The notes under the pieces were generated by a model. The model was not told the origin of the DNA and made no database searches. It saw nothing but the letters and a program-made list of their open reading frames with translations. From an uncultured bacterium (GTDB taxonomy: Bacteria; Omnitrophota; Omnitrophia; Omnitrophales; Aquincolibacteriaceae): a stretch of 64,000 nt of DNA. A program made the position numbers and the translations under genes. The DNA is taken from the NCBI GenBank assembly GCA_964508905.1, contig CAZDVO010000002.1, forward strand, positions 46,330 to 110,329, given 5' to 3'. Shown in pieces: positions 48,258 to 57,022 of this stretch; the stretch's first letter is position 1; the number at the start of each line of letters is the position of its first letter.

Positions 48258-48330
48258 TGGACCTGAGGAGAGTCGAACTCCTGACCTCTGCAATGCGAAT
48301 GCAGCGCTCTACCAGCTGAGCTACAGGCCC
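48258..48330 (-). tRNA. tRNA-Ala (anticodon CGC)
   Basis: rc = GGGCCTGTAGCTCAGCTGGTAGAGCGCTGCATTCGCATTGCAGAGGTCAGGAGTTCGACTCTCCTCAGGTCCA, 73 nt. Cloverleaf folds by hand: 7-bp acceptor with G3:U70 (Ala identity), D-arm GCTC/GAGC, anticodon stem CTGCA/TGCAG with loop TTCGCAT (anticodon CGC), T-arm AGGAG-TTCGACT-CTCCT, discriminator A. CCA not encoded. Confidence 0.9.
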
Positions 48331-48359
48331 TTGTCCATTATTTCTTTTCTTAACGCCTG

Positions 48360-48565
48360 ACAAGGCCAGTCCTTTAGGACAGGCCCATGTCTTTATTTCA
48401 TTTTTGGACGGCAACATGGACCAGTCCAATTACCCGTCTACTTCTCAATTGAGAATTGGACAGGCCCTTGATTCTTATTTCATTGCTTCAAAGTTTTCAA
48501 GGACCAGCCCAATCAACCTTTAATCCTCAGAAGAGGATTGGACAGGCCCCCATCAAGAATGGCGG
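48360..48565. repeat. BIME-like cluster of REP-like elements in alternating orientation (motif ATTGGACAGGCCC / GGACCAGYCCAAT every ~40 bp)
   Basis: ggacaggccc at 48377, ggaccagtccaat at 48419, attggacaggccc at 48458, ggaccagcccaat at 48501, attggacaggccc at 48550. Pairs form 13-bp inverted arms around 23-24-nt loops (e.g. ggaccagtccaatt-acccgtctacttctcaattgag-aattggacaggccc). Related copies at 47868-47918, 47950 and 58888-59017. Confidence 0.55.
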
Positions 48566-48589
48566 GAAAAGCTGAAAAACAGGTCGGTA

Positions 48590-49423
48590 TTATACACAAT
48601 CTTCGATAATTGTCTTCAAAACATTGAAAGCTTTTTGCTGCTCCTGTTCATTGAAGATCTCATGGAAAAATCCATCGAAGGATGTTTTCTCTTTCCGAGG
48701 CGTCACAAGCCTGTCAAAAAAGAGGGCCGAAGCCTTAGGGTCCACCACATATTCCTTCCCCGGGACAAGCATATGGACCGGGAACGGAACCGAAAGGATC
48801 GCCTGCCCCTGAAGCCGGGCCATGGTCCTGAGGATCTCAGCCAGCAGCCGCGCGGACATGAATCTGAGAATCAACGGATCCCTTTTGTGATTGGCCACCT
48901 CCGACGGATCGTGGCTCAGAGTCCTCGACCGAACAGGGTTCTTGTAAACAAACCGCGGCATCACACATCGCAAAAGCTGATTCGCGGGCGCGATCCATCC
49001 GGACAGCCTGAGCCCCAAAAAAGGCGCCGAGAGAATGAGCAGCTTGACGCCCTCCGGAACTTTCATCGCCCAGCGAATAGCAATAAGCCCGCCCAGGCTG
49101 TGTCCCAAGAAGATGCATTGCTTCGGGATCGCGTGCTTCTGCCGGAGATGCGCGATAAACGCATTCATATCCTTAAGATAATCGTCAAATTCCGCGATAT
49201 CGCCGCGGATCCCTTCGGACCGCCCCATGCCTCGGAGATCCATGATCGCGAATTGCGCTGAAAGGCCGCGCATTTTTTCCGGGAATTTTACATAGCGTCC
49301 CGAGTGCTCCCCGTAGCCATGGATCATGATCACGGTATGACGCGCTCCGGGCACTGCAAAGAAGCGGTAAAAGAGTTTTGCTCCGTCCCCGCCGCAGAAG
49401 AAGTCTTCGCTCCACGCGCCCAT
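48590..49423 (-). CDS. Alpha/beta-hydrolase (lysophospholipase / monoacylglycerol lipase family)
   Basis: 277 aa. VIMIHGYGEHSGRY (Hydrolase_4-type HG..EHS..Y), nucleophile elbow GHSLGG, C-terminal Asp/His region. ATG at 49421-49423 abuts the fadD stop. Confidence 0.8.
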   Translation of the reverse strand: MGAWSEDFFCGGDGAKLFYRFFAVPGARHTVIMIHGYGEHSGRYVKFPEKMRGLSAQFAIMDLRGMGRSEGIRGDIAEFDDYLKDMNAFIAHLRQKHAIPKQCIFLGHSLGGLIAIRWAMKVPEGVKLLILSAPFLGLRLSGWIAPANQLLRCVMPRFVYKNPVRSRTLSHDPSEVANHKRDPLILRFMSARLLAEILRTMARLQGQAILSVPFPVHMLVPGKEYVVDPKASALFFDRLVTPRKEKTSFDGFFHEIFNEQEQQKAFNVLKTIIEDCV

Positions 49424-49424
49424 G

Positions 49425-51296
49425 TCAGGACCGGTCCCCGTTCAAGGGCCGGCGCATCGCCCAATCCTCATCATGCTTCCGGTAAAGCTCATCGATAGCC
49501 GCCTGATACTCCTTCATCACAACACGACGTTTGATCTTCAATGTGGGCGTCATCTCCCCGGCTCCCAGTGTAAATTCCTGAGGCAGAAGCATAAAGGCCT
49601 TCACCGTCTCGAAGTTTGCAAGCCCCTCCATACAAAGATCCAACCGCGCACGGACCCAGGCACGAATCTCAGCGTGGGACAGAAGTTTCTCATACGGGAT
49701 CTCCGCAAGGCCTTTTTCCTGAGCATAGCGCAACACAGCCTGTTTTTCCGGGATCAGCAGCGCGCAGAGGTAGGGACGCTTATCACCCAGAACGATCGCC
49801 TGTAGAAAAAGAGTATCTGCCAGGATGCGGCCCTCGATATTCAACGGAGAAACATTCTTCCCCCCCGCCGTAACGATAATATCCTTCTTGCGATCGGTAA
49901 TATGGAGGAACCCTTCGTCATCGAAGTGACCGATATCCCCGGTATGGAACCAGCCGTCCTTGATACAAGCTTCGGTTGCATGGGGATTCTTGTAATACCC
50001 TTTCATCACGCAAGACCCGGAGGTCAAGATCTCACCGTCTTCGGCGATCTTCACACGGACCCCTGCGATGGGCTTCCCTACGGTCCCGAATTTAAAATCA
50101 TCAAGCGCGTTCACCGCGATCACCGGAGAGGTCTCCGTCAGGCCATAGCCTTCGAGAATCATGATATCGGCCGCGTAGAAAAAACGCGCCAGATCCTTGG
50201 AAAGCGGCGCGCCCCCGGAGATGAAGAAGCGTATCCGTCCCCCCATCGCTTTTTTCAATTTGCTAAAAACGATCCCTTTGGCCAGAACGTTGTAGCAACG
50301 GAACAAGAACGAAACGGGACGGCGGCGGATCCTTTGCTGAGCCACGCGGGTGCCGATACGGACCGCCCAGTCAAAAAGCCGTTGTTTCCATCGGGGCGCT
50401 TTTTGAACGGCCTCAATTATCCGCGCGTAAGTCTTTTCATAAAAACGAGGGACCGCAATCACAATGGTCGGACGAACTTTGCGGATATCTTCCGCCACGG
50501 TTTGCAAGCTCTCGGCATAGGCGATCGTGACACCGTAAGCCGCCTGGTAGTAGTAACCGGCAAGACGTTCAAATATATGGCTCAAAGGAAGGAAAGACAG
50601 GACAGAGTCACGCTCATCGATCTGAATGCGCTGGAATGCCCCCTGGTAATTTGCGATCAGGTTCCGGTGCGTGAGCATCACTCCTTTTGGAGCCCCCGTG
50701 GTTCCGGAAGTATAGATCACAGTCGCAAGATCATCCGGGCCCACTTGCTGAACACATTGGTCATAAAGATCGGGATGGATCGCCCCATAGCGTCGGCCCG
50801 TCTCCCGAAAAGCGTCCGCATCCATCAATTCATCCACGTTCCCCCGGGAGAAAAGCACGACCCCCGACGGAAGAAAACGGTTTTTAAATCCCTCGATCTT
50901 CCGGCACTGCGCCTCCGAAGAAACGAACAGGGCCTTGATCCCGGCATGCTCAATAATATGGCTCATATCTTCGATCGATGCCGTCGGATAGATCGGCACC
51001 GTCACGGCGCCAAGGCTTAAGATGCCGAGATCAGCAAAGGTCCATTCCGGGCCATTTTCAGCAAGGATCCCGACGAGATCCCCCTTCCGGATCCCCAACG
51101 CGTGAAGCGCGAGAGCCGTCTCGCGAACGAAGCGCACCCAGTCCCGCCAACTGCAGGCACCCGAAAACGCCCCGTTCACCTTGTAGCGTAACGCACACCT
51201 TGAGCCGTAGATTTCGGCGCGATTCAGAAAGACTTGGGGGATATTACCGTTCTCCTCAACACAATCCGGAGGAAAATCAGGACACTTGCAGGCCAT
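49425..51296 (-). CDS. fadD: Long-chain fatty-acid--CoA ligase (AMP-dependent synthetase)
   Basis: 623 aa. NIPQVFLNRAEIYGSRCALRYK N-terminus typical of FadD, AMP-binding motif YTSGTTGAPKGVMLTHRNL, C-terminal PTLKIKRR. Confidence 0.85.
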   Translation of the reverse strand: MACKCPDFPPDCVEENGNIPQVFLNRAEIYGSRCALRYKVNGAFSGACSWRDWVRFVRETALALHALGIRKGDLVGILAENGPEWTFADLGILSLGAVTVPIYPTASIEDMSHIIEHAGIKALFVSSEAQCRKIEGFKNRFLPSGVVLFSRGNVDELMDADAFRETGRRYGAIHPDLYDQCVQQVGPDDLATVIYTSGTTGAPKGVMLTHRNLIANYQGAFQRIQIDERDSVLSFLPLSHIFERLAGYYYQAAYGVTIAYAESLQTVAEDIRKVRPTIVIAVPRFYEKTYARIIEAVQKAPRWKQRLFDWAVRIGTRVAQQRIRRRPVSFLFRCYNVLAKGIVFSKLKKAMGGRIRFFISGGAPLSKDLARFFYAADIMILEGYGLTETSPVIAVNALDDFKFGTVGKPIAGVRVKIAEDGEILTSGSCVMKGYYKNPHATEACIKDGWFHTGDIGHFDDEGFLHITDRKKDIIVTAGGKNVSPLNIEGRILADTLFLQAIVLGDKRPYLCALLIPEKQAVLRYAQEKGLAEIPYEKLLSHAEIRAWVRARLDLCMEGLANFETVKAFMLLPQEFTLGAGEMTPTLKIKRRVVMKEYQAAIDELYRKHDEDWAMRRPLNGDRS

Positions 51297-51306
51297 GGGC
51301 TGGCCC

Positions 51307-52038
51307 TCAGGAAACTGCTGTCTTTACCTTTTCGACAGCCGGAGACCCCGAAGCCGTATTGGCTGGAGTTTGAGTCATAACTGCGGTAGGCGTAATATTT
51401 CGTTTGTTATTTTCGTGACCCACACGGAGTTTTTCCTGTCCGAGGATCGCGCTCTTGCTAGGAACTTTCTGAACTCCCCCCGGCTTTTGAAACCGCTCAA
51501 GGTCCGTGAGGATCTTTTGATGCACCCTAGATTGATCCCGAACTTGCTGGATCTGCTTGACCCTCGTTCCCTGAACGCTTCGAATCCGTTTATTGAGATC
51601 AAGAATCCTTTGGATCTCCTGGCGGATCTTTGGCACCGCAGGGGGGATCGCGGGAGGCGCCGGAACGTAATTAGGGGCTCCCGAACGGCCGCCAGTCACG
51701 GAGGTCTCCGCCACCGACGAATCTGTAGCATCTTCGAAACGCTCAGGCGCTGACTTCCCCTTCGAGGACGCTTTCGATGAACTTGCTTTTTCTTCTTTTT
51801 TTGAGGCATTCCCGGTCTTCTCAGCCATGAGTTCTTTACCGGTCTTTTTCCCGAGATATTTGACGATCTCGGTCCCGACCGACTGGGGCGTCGTCATGGA
51901 TGAAAAAGCCGAGGTTCCCTGGGAAGATTGGGAAGATCTTGAAGCGGAAGTTCGCGGTTTGGAAGCGGTACTCTCAGGGGCCGTGGCCCCGATCTGAAAT
52001 AAGAACAAAAACGCGATCCCAAAACTCAGCTTCCGCAT
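51307..52038 (-). CDS. Secreted low-complexity Ser/Lys/Pro-rich protein (hypothetical)
   Basis: 243 aa. Signal peptide MRKLSFGIAFLFLFQIGATAP, S/T/K-rich middle, proline-rich PAPPAIPPAVP. No recognisable catalytic motif. Confidence 0.5.
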   Translation of the reverse strand: MRKLSFGIAFLFLFQIGATAPESTASKPRTSASRSSQSSQGTSAFSSMTTPQSVGTEIVKYLGKKTGKELMAEKTGNASKKEEKASSSKASSKGKSAPERFEDATDSSVAETSVTGGRSGAPNYVPAPPAIPPAVPKIRQEIQRILDLNKRIRSVQGTRVKQIQQVRDQSRVHQKILTDLERFQKPGGVQKVPSKSAILGQEKLRVGHENNKRNITPTAVMTQTPANTASGSPAVEKVKTAVS

Positions 52039-52137
52039 GCCAAACTCCTTTATAGTAGGGGCTTCTACTGTTGCGATAAAAACAACGGCACATTATAACT
52101 TAATTCATCGCGAAAAAAATCAGTTTTTCATTCCACG

Positions 52138-53325
52138 TCAGGTCCGTTCAAGAATGAGCGCTCCGCCCTGCCCACCCCCAACACAAAGCGTCGCCAGCCC
52201 CGTGCGGATATTACGTTTTTTCATCTCCTGCAAAAGAGTCACGGTCATTCTCACTCCCGTCGCGCCGACCGGATGCCCTAAAGCGATCGCGCCTCCGTTG
52301 ACATTCACGATCGCCGGATCGATCCCCAGCGAACGTTCGACCGCAAGACACTGCGCGGCAAAGGCTTCATTGATCTCTGCCAGTTGAATATCCTCCAGGG
52401 ACAGGCGCGCCTTTTGAAGCGCGCGTTTCGTCGCGCTCACCGGACCGATCCCCATACGCCGCGGATCCACACCCGTAAAGGCCCAACTTCGAAGCATACC
52501 GAGGATCGGTAGTCCCAAAGCCGCGGCCTTTTCGCGTCGGGTTACGATCACCGCCGCGGCGCCATCGGAAATAGGACAGGAATTTCCCGCAGTCACGGTC
52601 CCGCCGTCTTTAAAAATGGCGGGATAATCTCCAAGTCCTTCAACCGTCAACCCCGCATCCGGACTTTCATCTTGATCCAACACGACCGGGCCTCGTTCTC
52701 TTCGGGAACGAGGCGGAAACGTCAGAGGGAGGATCTCATCCTTGAACTTTCCGTCGGCCACAGCCCGAACCGCCTTTTGATGAGAACACGCAGCGAAGGC
52801 ATCCTGCTCCGCCCTGGAAATAGAAAATTCCTCAGCCAACAGTTCCGCGGTCTCCCCCATCATCATCCCCGTGACCGGATCCCGCAATCCTTCCCAGAGG
52901 GTGTCGACCATTTTTGAATCCCGAAGTTTTTTCCCAAATCGAAGGTCGCGGTTCACAAAAGGTGACGAGGACATGACTTCGACGCCCCCCGCGATCACCA
53001 CCTCGGCATCTCCCGTCAGGATCGCCTGGGCAGCGCTCGCGATCGCTTGAAGCCCTGAGGCGCAATTACGATTCACGGTCCACGCGGGGACGGACTCGGG
53101 AAGACCGGACATCAGCGCGATCACGCGGGCAACATTCTGGGCATCCGATTGCTGTCCGACGCAGCCAAAGATCACCTCATCGACCTTCTCCGGCGCAAGG
53201 CACGACCGTTCGAGCAACCCGCGAAGAACGACCTCACCGAGCTTCTGGTTCGTAAGATCTTTGAGCGCGCCGCCCATTTTGGCTTGAGGGGTCCGCACAG
53301 CGCCGGCAATCACAATATCAGTCAT
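52138..53325 (-). CDS. Acetyl-CoA C-acetyltransferase (thiolase II)
   Basis: Track start is a TTG at 53340; the likely ATG is at 53325 with a GGAG RBS (MTDIVIAGAVRTP). Active-site Cys region VNRNCASGLQAI. C-terminal CVGGGQGGALILE thiolase signature. Confidence 0.85.
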   Translation of the reverse strand: MTDIVIAGAVRTPQAKMGGALKDLTNQKLGEVVLRGLLERSCLAPEKVDEVIFGCVGQQSDAQNVARVIALMSGLPESVPAWTVNRNCASGLQAIASAAQAILTGDAEVVIAGGVEVMSSSPFVNRDLRFGKKLRDSKMVDTLWEGLRDPVTGMMMGETAELLAEEFSISRAEQDAFAACSHQKAVRAVADGKFKDEILPLTFPPRSRRERGPVVLDQDESPDAGLTVEGLGDYPAIFKDGGTVTAGNSCPISDGAAAVIVTRREKAAALGLPILGMLRSWAFTGVDPRRMGIGPVSATKRALQKARLSLEDIQLAEINEAFAAQCLAVERSLGIDPAIVNVNGGAIALGHPVGATGVRMTVTLLQEMKKRNIRTGLATLCVGGGQGGALILERT

Positions 53326-53361
53326 GGGATATTTCTCCAAGGAGGTTAAGCAAAGATGGAG

Positions 53362-55395
53362 TTATTCTAGCAGAAGCTGGCGTATATCCGCCAGCCGTTC
53401 CCGGGTTTTTCGCATACCTTCTTCGATGAACTTATCCGCGGAAAAAAACTCGATCCAGTGAGCGTTCGGCGCGGAGGCATGGATGAAGATATCGGCCTCC
53501 CCCCCCTCCATCCGCGCGATCTCGAACTCGGTGAACATGATCGAATTCATCAGAACGTTAAAGATATTGGCGGTATAACGGCGCTGGATACGGTCCCGGG
53601 TCTTCATCGCGATCCGCTGCCAATAGCCCCGCTGCTGAAAGCCTTCATGGAACGCTCTCCTCCGGCATTCATTGCGCTCGATCAGGTCCTTCGGGGCGGG
53701 CAGCACATTGACCGCCATGATCTTACGGACCCCCATATTCGAAAGGATCTTCACCGGGAGAGGATCAACGATCCCCCCGTCGATCAGGTAGCTCCCCTTA
53801 TGCGGAAAAGGCCTAAAAAAACCAGGGATCGAGATGGAAGCGCGGATCGCATTCAGCACGCTCCCAGATTCGAGCACCACTTCCTCCGAGGTTAAAAGAT
53901 CGGTCGCCACCACCTTCACGGGGATCCGAAGGTCCTGAAAGCTCATGTCATGCAAATAGGCAGAGAGAAAACGAATGATCTGGTCCCCTTTAAAAAAACC
54001 CCGATGGATAGCCGAGAGATCCTGGAACCCGAGCAGCTTAAAAAAAGCGTTTTTCTTATCAAGCGACTTGGCGATCTTTTCGATCTCATAGGAGTTATAT
54101 CCCGCCGCCCACAAAACTCCCAAAAGGGCCCCAATGCTCGAACCGGCCAGAACATCCACCGGGATCTTCTCCTCTTCAAGAACGCGCAACACCCCGATAT
54201 GCGAAAGCCCATACGCGGCCCCGCTTCCCAACACGAGCCCGACCAACCGTTCGGACCATTCTTTTGCCAGAAAGGTCAGCGTCTTCTCATACTGATAGCG
54301 CTGATACTGCAGCGAAGGTAATGTAGAAAAAAGTTGCATCTCGGGGGCGGCGGACGAACCCTTTCGAGCGATCGCACTCGCTTCCTGGGACGGCATCATG
54401 ATCTTGATCTCATTGCGGCTAAACCCAAAATCCTGACAAAGCTCGGTGACTTTCTTTGAAGCAAAGGTGAAGACATCAGCTCGCTTCTCAGCCCAAAGAT
54501 AGACCCGGTCTGAATAATTCAGAGCCTTGACCGCGACCGGAGTATTCCGGTCCGGAAGGCACACCACCAGATAATCATAACGATAAGTTAAGTAGGTCAG
54601 AAGGGTGCTGAATTTTTTCTCTTCTTCGTCCAACGCCGCGTTCACTTGAAAGGACAGAAGATCAAAGCCCCCCTCGCAGTGCCCGATCCCCGCCTGGATC
54701 GAAGATTCATGAGAGGGATCCAGCATCTTCATGTCCAGACCCGAAGCCATCCCTTTTTGAAAAACCGGCGGCAGGGCCCCCTTCAATTTCCCTGAGAGAT
54801 CAAGGAGCAGGACCCTCCCCTGGGTTTCGCCCCGAAGGGTCTTCATGAAATCAACGAGGAAAGTGGCCATGCCCTCGGTCGAAGCCGCAAAATAGAATGC
54901 CGCGATCCGAACTTCGCGCCGATGGTGACTGTAACCCAGTTCTTCCCGGGTCAAATGCCTGCCGAGAGAGCGGCTCAGGTGGAGAGAAAGTGAGGGGATC
55001 TCAACCAGCAACTTCTGAAAACTTTCGGCGCTGATCTTAAGCGCCACAGCATCGGTCTTCGCCTCCACCGAGGCACTGTGAGGGCTTCCGGTCAATAGCG
55101 AGGTTTCTCCAAAGTGCTCCCCCCGGTAGAAATAAAGCAGCGTTGTTTCCTTGTCCGCTCCCCGAGCCCGCGTAAAAAGACGGAAACGTCCGGAAATGAT
55201 GACATAGAAAGCGTCGGGAGCCGTCCCTTCTTCATAGATGATATCGCCTCGTTTGAACCCGACGAGACGGGAATGTTGTTCAATCAGCGCTTGTTCGGAA
55301 GAGGAAAGACTGGAGAAAAGCGGGATAGGATCGAGCAGATATCCCTCGCGGGTTTCAGGCTTTGCCTTTTTCCCAAAGGAGAAGAAATTCATCAT
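53362..55395 (-). CDS. Patatin-like phospholipase with N-terminal cyclic-nucleotide-binding domain
   Basis: 677 aa. cNMP-binding motif FGETSLLTGSPHSASVEA. Patatin oxyanion hole GSGAAYGLSHIGVLRVLEE. Serine lipase motif AGSSIGA. Asp-Gly region LIDGGIVDPLP. Confidence 0.8.
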   Translation of the reverse strand: MMNFFSFGKKAKPETREGYLLDPIPLFSSLSSSEQALIEQHSRLVGFKRGDIIYEEGTAPDAFYVIISGRFRLFTRARGADKETTLLYFYRGEHFGETSLLTGSPHSASVEAKTDAVALKISAESFQKLLVEIPSLSLHLSRSLGRHLTREELGYSHHRREVRIAAFYFAASTEGMATFLVDFMKTLRGETQGRVLLLDLSGKLKGALPPVFQKGMASGLDMKMLDPSHESSIQAGIGHCEGGFDLLSFQVNAALDEEEKKFSTLLTYLTYRYDYLVVCLPDRNTPVAVKALNYSDRVYLWAEKRADVFTFASKKVTELCQDFGFSRNEIKIMMPSQEASAIARKGSSAAPEMQLFSTLPSLQYQRYQYEKTLTFLAKEWSERLVGLVLGSGAAYGLSHIGVLRVLEEEKIPVDVLAGSSIGALLGVLWAAGYNSYEIEKIAKSLDKKNAFFKLLGFQDLSAIHRGFFKGDQIIRFLSAYLHDMSFQDLRIPVKVVATDLLTSEEVVLESGSVLNAIRASISIPGFFRPFPHKGSYLIDGGIVDPLPVKILSNMGVRKIMAVNVLPAPKDLIERNECRRRAFHEGFQQRGYWQRIAMKTRDRIQRRYTANIFNVLMNSIMFTEFEIARMEGGEADIFIHASAPNAHWIEFFSADKFIEEGMRKTRERLADIRQLLLE

Positions 55396-55498
55396 GCAGG
55401 GATTATCGACAGGAAAGACGAATCACCTTACCGGAAAGGGGCACCCAAACCACGAGGTAAAAGGACCATCCGGGGAGAAACACTCCCCGGTCAGATCG

Positions 55499-55888
55499 TT
55501 ACCACTCCTGAACGCTTTCAGGGTCCGCGTAGTCATTGACCTTGGTTTCGAGCCAATGATTATACGCATAATCGAGCACGCGGAATTTATCGACCGGGTC
55601 CATGTTCATCAGCTTGACACCCTGGTCGAATCCCTGGTCCATACCCTCGGAAGGACGGGACCACATGACCACCCCGGAACTGAAGATCGGTTTCGGATCA
55701 TCCGGGATCGCGATCTCAAGATCCAGCTGAGTGCCTTCATGGATGGACTGATCGGAATTGATCTTCAAACCTTCGCGGCAAAGATCGCGGCTCAACCCGA
55801 CACCTTTGATCGATGTTGCCTCGGTCCCTGTGAACTTTACGCTCATGTAAGCGTCAAAGCGCTTGAACCTGCGCTTGTCTCGTTCCAT
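55499..55888 (-). CDS. PilZ domain protein (c-di-GMP binding)
   Basis: 129 aa. RRFKRF (RxxxR) near the N-terminus and ...GVGLSRDLCREG resembling the D/NxSxGG element. Confidence 0.55.
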   Translation of the reverse strand: MERDKRRFKRFDAYMSVKFTGTEATSIKGVGLSRDLCREGLKINSDQSIHEGTQLDLEIAIPDDPKPIFSSGVVMWSRPSEGMDQGFDQGVKLMNMDPVDKFRVLDYAYNHWLETKVNDYADPESVQEW

Positions 55889-56140
55889 CGCTTCCTCCTT
55901 TGAATTTTTTTTGGCCCCGACGTCTTGGGAAAAGGCCTTGCTTCCGACCTTTGTTTATCGACTTTTTCATATGATTAGTTAACGAGAAACAATCATCTAC
56001 GTCGAAAAAGTAACACATGGTTTCATAATTTGCAAGGCAGCGGAAAGATTTATTTACGGAGGAACTCGGGCAAAAACGTCCTTCTATTCGGGAGAAACAA
56101 GGTCCGCCAGGATTGCTACAACTCTAATAACAGAAACAAC

Positions 56141-56644
56141 TTAGCGGAAATTCACGAACTGGACGGGAACCGTCAGAGGGGCCGTTCGAAGATGCTGGAT
56201 CACAGCTTGAAGGTCATCCTTGCTCTTTGAAGTAACGCGGATCTCATCCCCCTGAATCGCGGCCTGAACTTTCACGGGAAGCTCTTTGATGATCCTGACG
56301 ATCTCTTTGGCCTTATCCTGAGGGATGCCCTGCGCGAGGGAAACGTCCTGCCTGAGACAGCCATCAAAAGCCTTTTCAGGGGTCTTAAAATCCAGCGCTT
56401 TTTGGGAAATCTTGCGACTTGCCATTCTCGATTTGAGGATGTCCTGGAGATTGCGGAGCTTCATATCGTCATCCGCCAAAAGCCGGATCTTCTTTTCCTT
56501 TTCATCCTTCAGAAATTCAATCGTGCTTTTGCTCCCTTTGAAATCAAAACGGGTCAGAAGTTCCTTCTTGGCTTGATTGACCGCATTATCAACTTCTTGA
56601 AGGTCGAGCTGGGAAACGATATCAAAGGAAGGCTGTTGCGCCAT
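56141..56644 (-). CDS. yajQ: YajQ family nucleotide-binding protein (UPF0234; c-di-GMP/nucleotide binding)
   Basis: 167 aa. [37 protein letters not shown]...[28 protein letters not shown]...VQFVNFR aligns along its length with E. coli YajQ (MPSFDIVSEVDLQEARNAV...RFDFRN...[28 protein letters not shown]...FQFKNFRD). Confidence 0.9.
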   Translation of the reverse strand: [167 protein letters not shown]

Positions 56645-56656
56645 CGGAGGGACCCG

Positions 56657-57022
56657 CTATTTAGTAGAGGGGGGTGTCAAAAAAGACTGCAGACGCTTAC
56701 GAGAGAACTCATCCATGTCGAGAAATTCAAGGCCGGTATCAAAATGCTTTTTGGTGGATTTCCTGTCTTGACTCGGGATGACCCACACGCTTCGCCCCGT
56801 ACATTGAACGGGAGACTCCCCGTCCTTCAGCTCAAGACTGATCTTACAGCGTTCAAACCTTTCGAGGGCTTCCGGAAGAAGGACCGACACGCCGCCCAGC
56901 CCCACATCCTCGGTCGTTGCCGTGAAGGACTTCGACTTCCCGACTGGCTGGATCGCAACCTCACAGGTCAGGTGCAACCGCGGAAACTTACGCTTGTTGA
57001 AACCATCCCAGAGAGAGTTCAT
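56657..57022 (-). CDS. PilZ domain protein (c-di-GMP binding)
   Basis: 121 aa. RKFPRL (RxxxR) and EDVGLGGVSV (DxSxGG). Confidence 0.65.
   Translation of the reverse strand: MNSLWDGFNKRKFPRLHLTCEVAIQPVGKSKSFTATTEDVGLGGVSVLLPEALERFERCKISLELKDGESPVQCTGRSVWVIPSQDRKSTKKHFDTGLEFLDMDEFSRKRLQSFLTPPSTK

Noticed and set aside
48100-48330. Intact genomic island integrated at tRNA-Ala
   Set aside because: The 18-bp att-like direct repeats are only 140 bp apart and no integrase or cargo is present, so at most a remnant.
48360-48565. Possible CRISPR array (regularly spaced ~13-nt repeats)
   Set aside because: Repeat copies alternate in orientation, the units are imperfect, spacers are only ~25 nt and unequal, and there are no cas genes in the window. 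A REP/BIME-like interpretation fits better.
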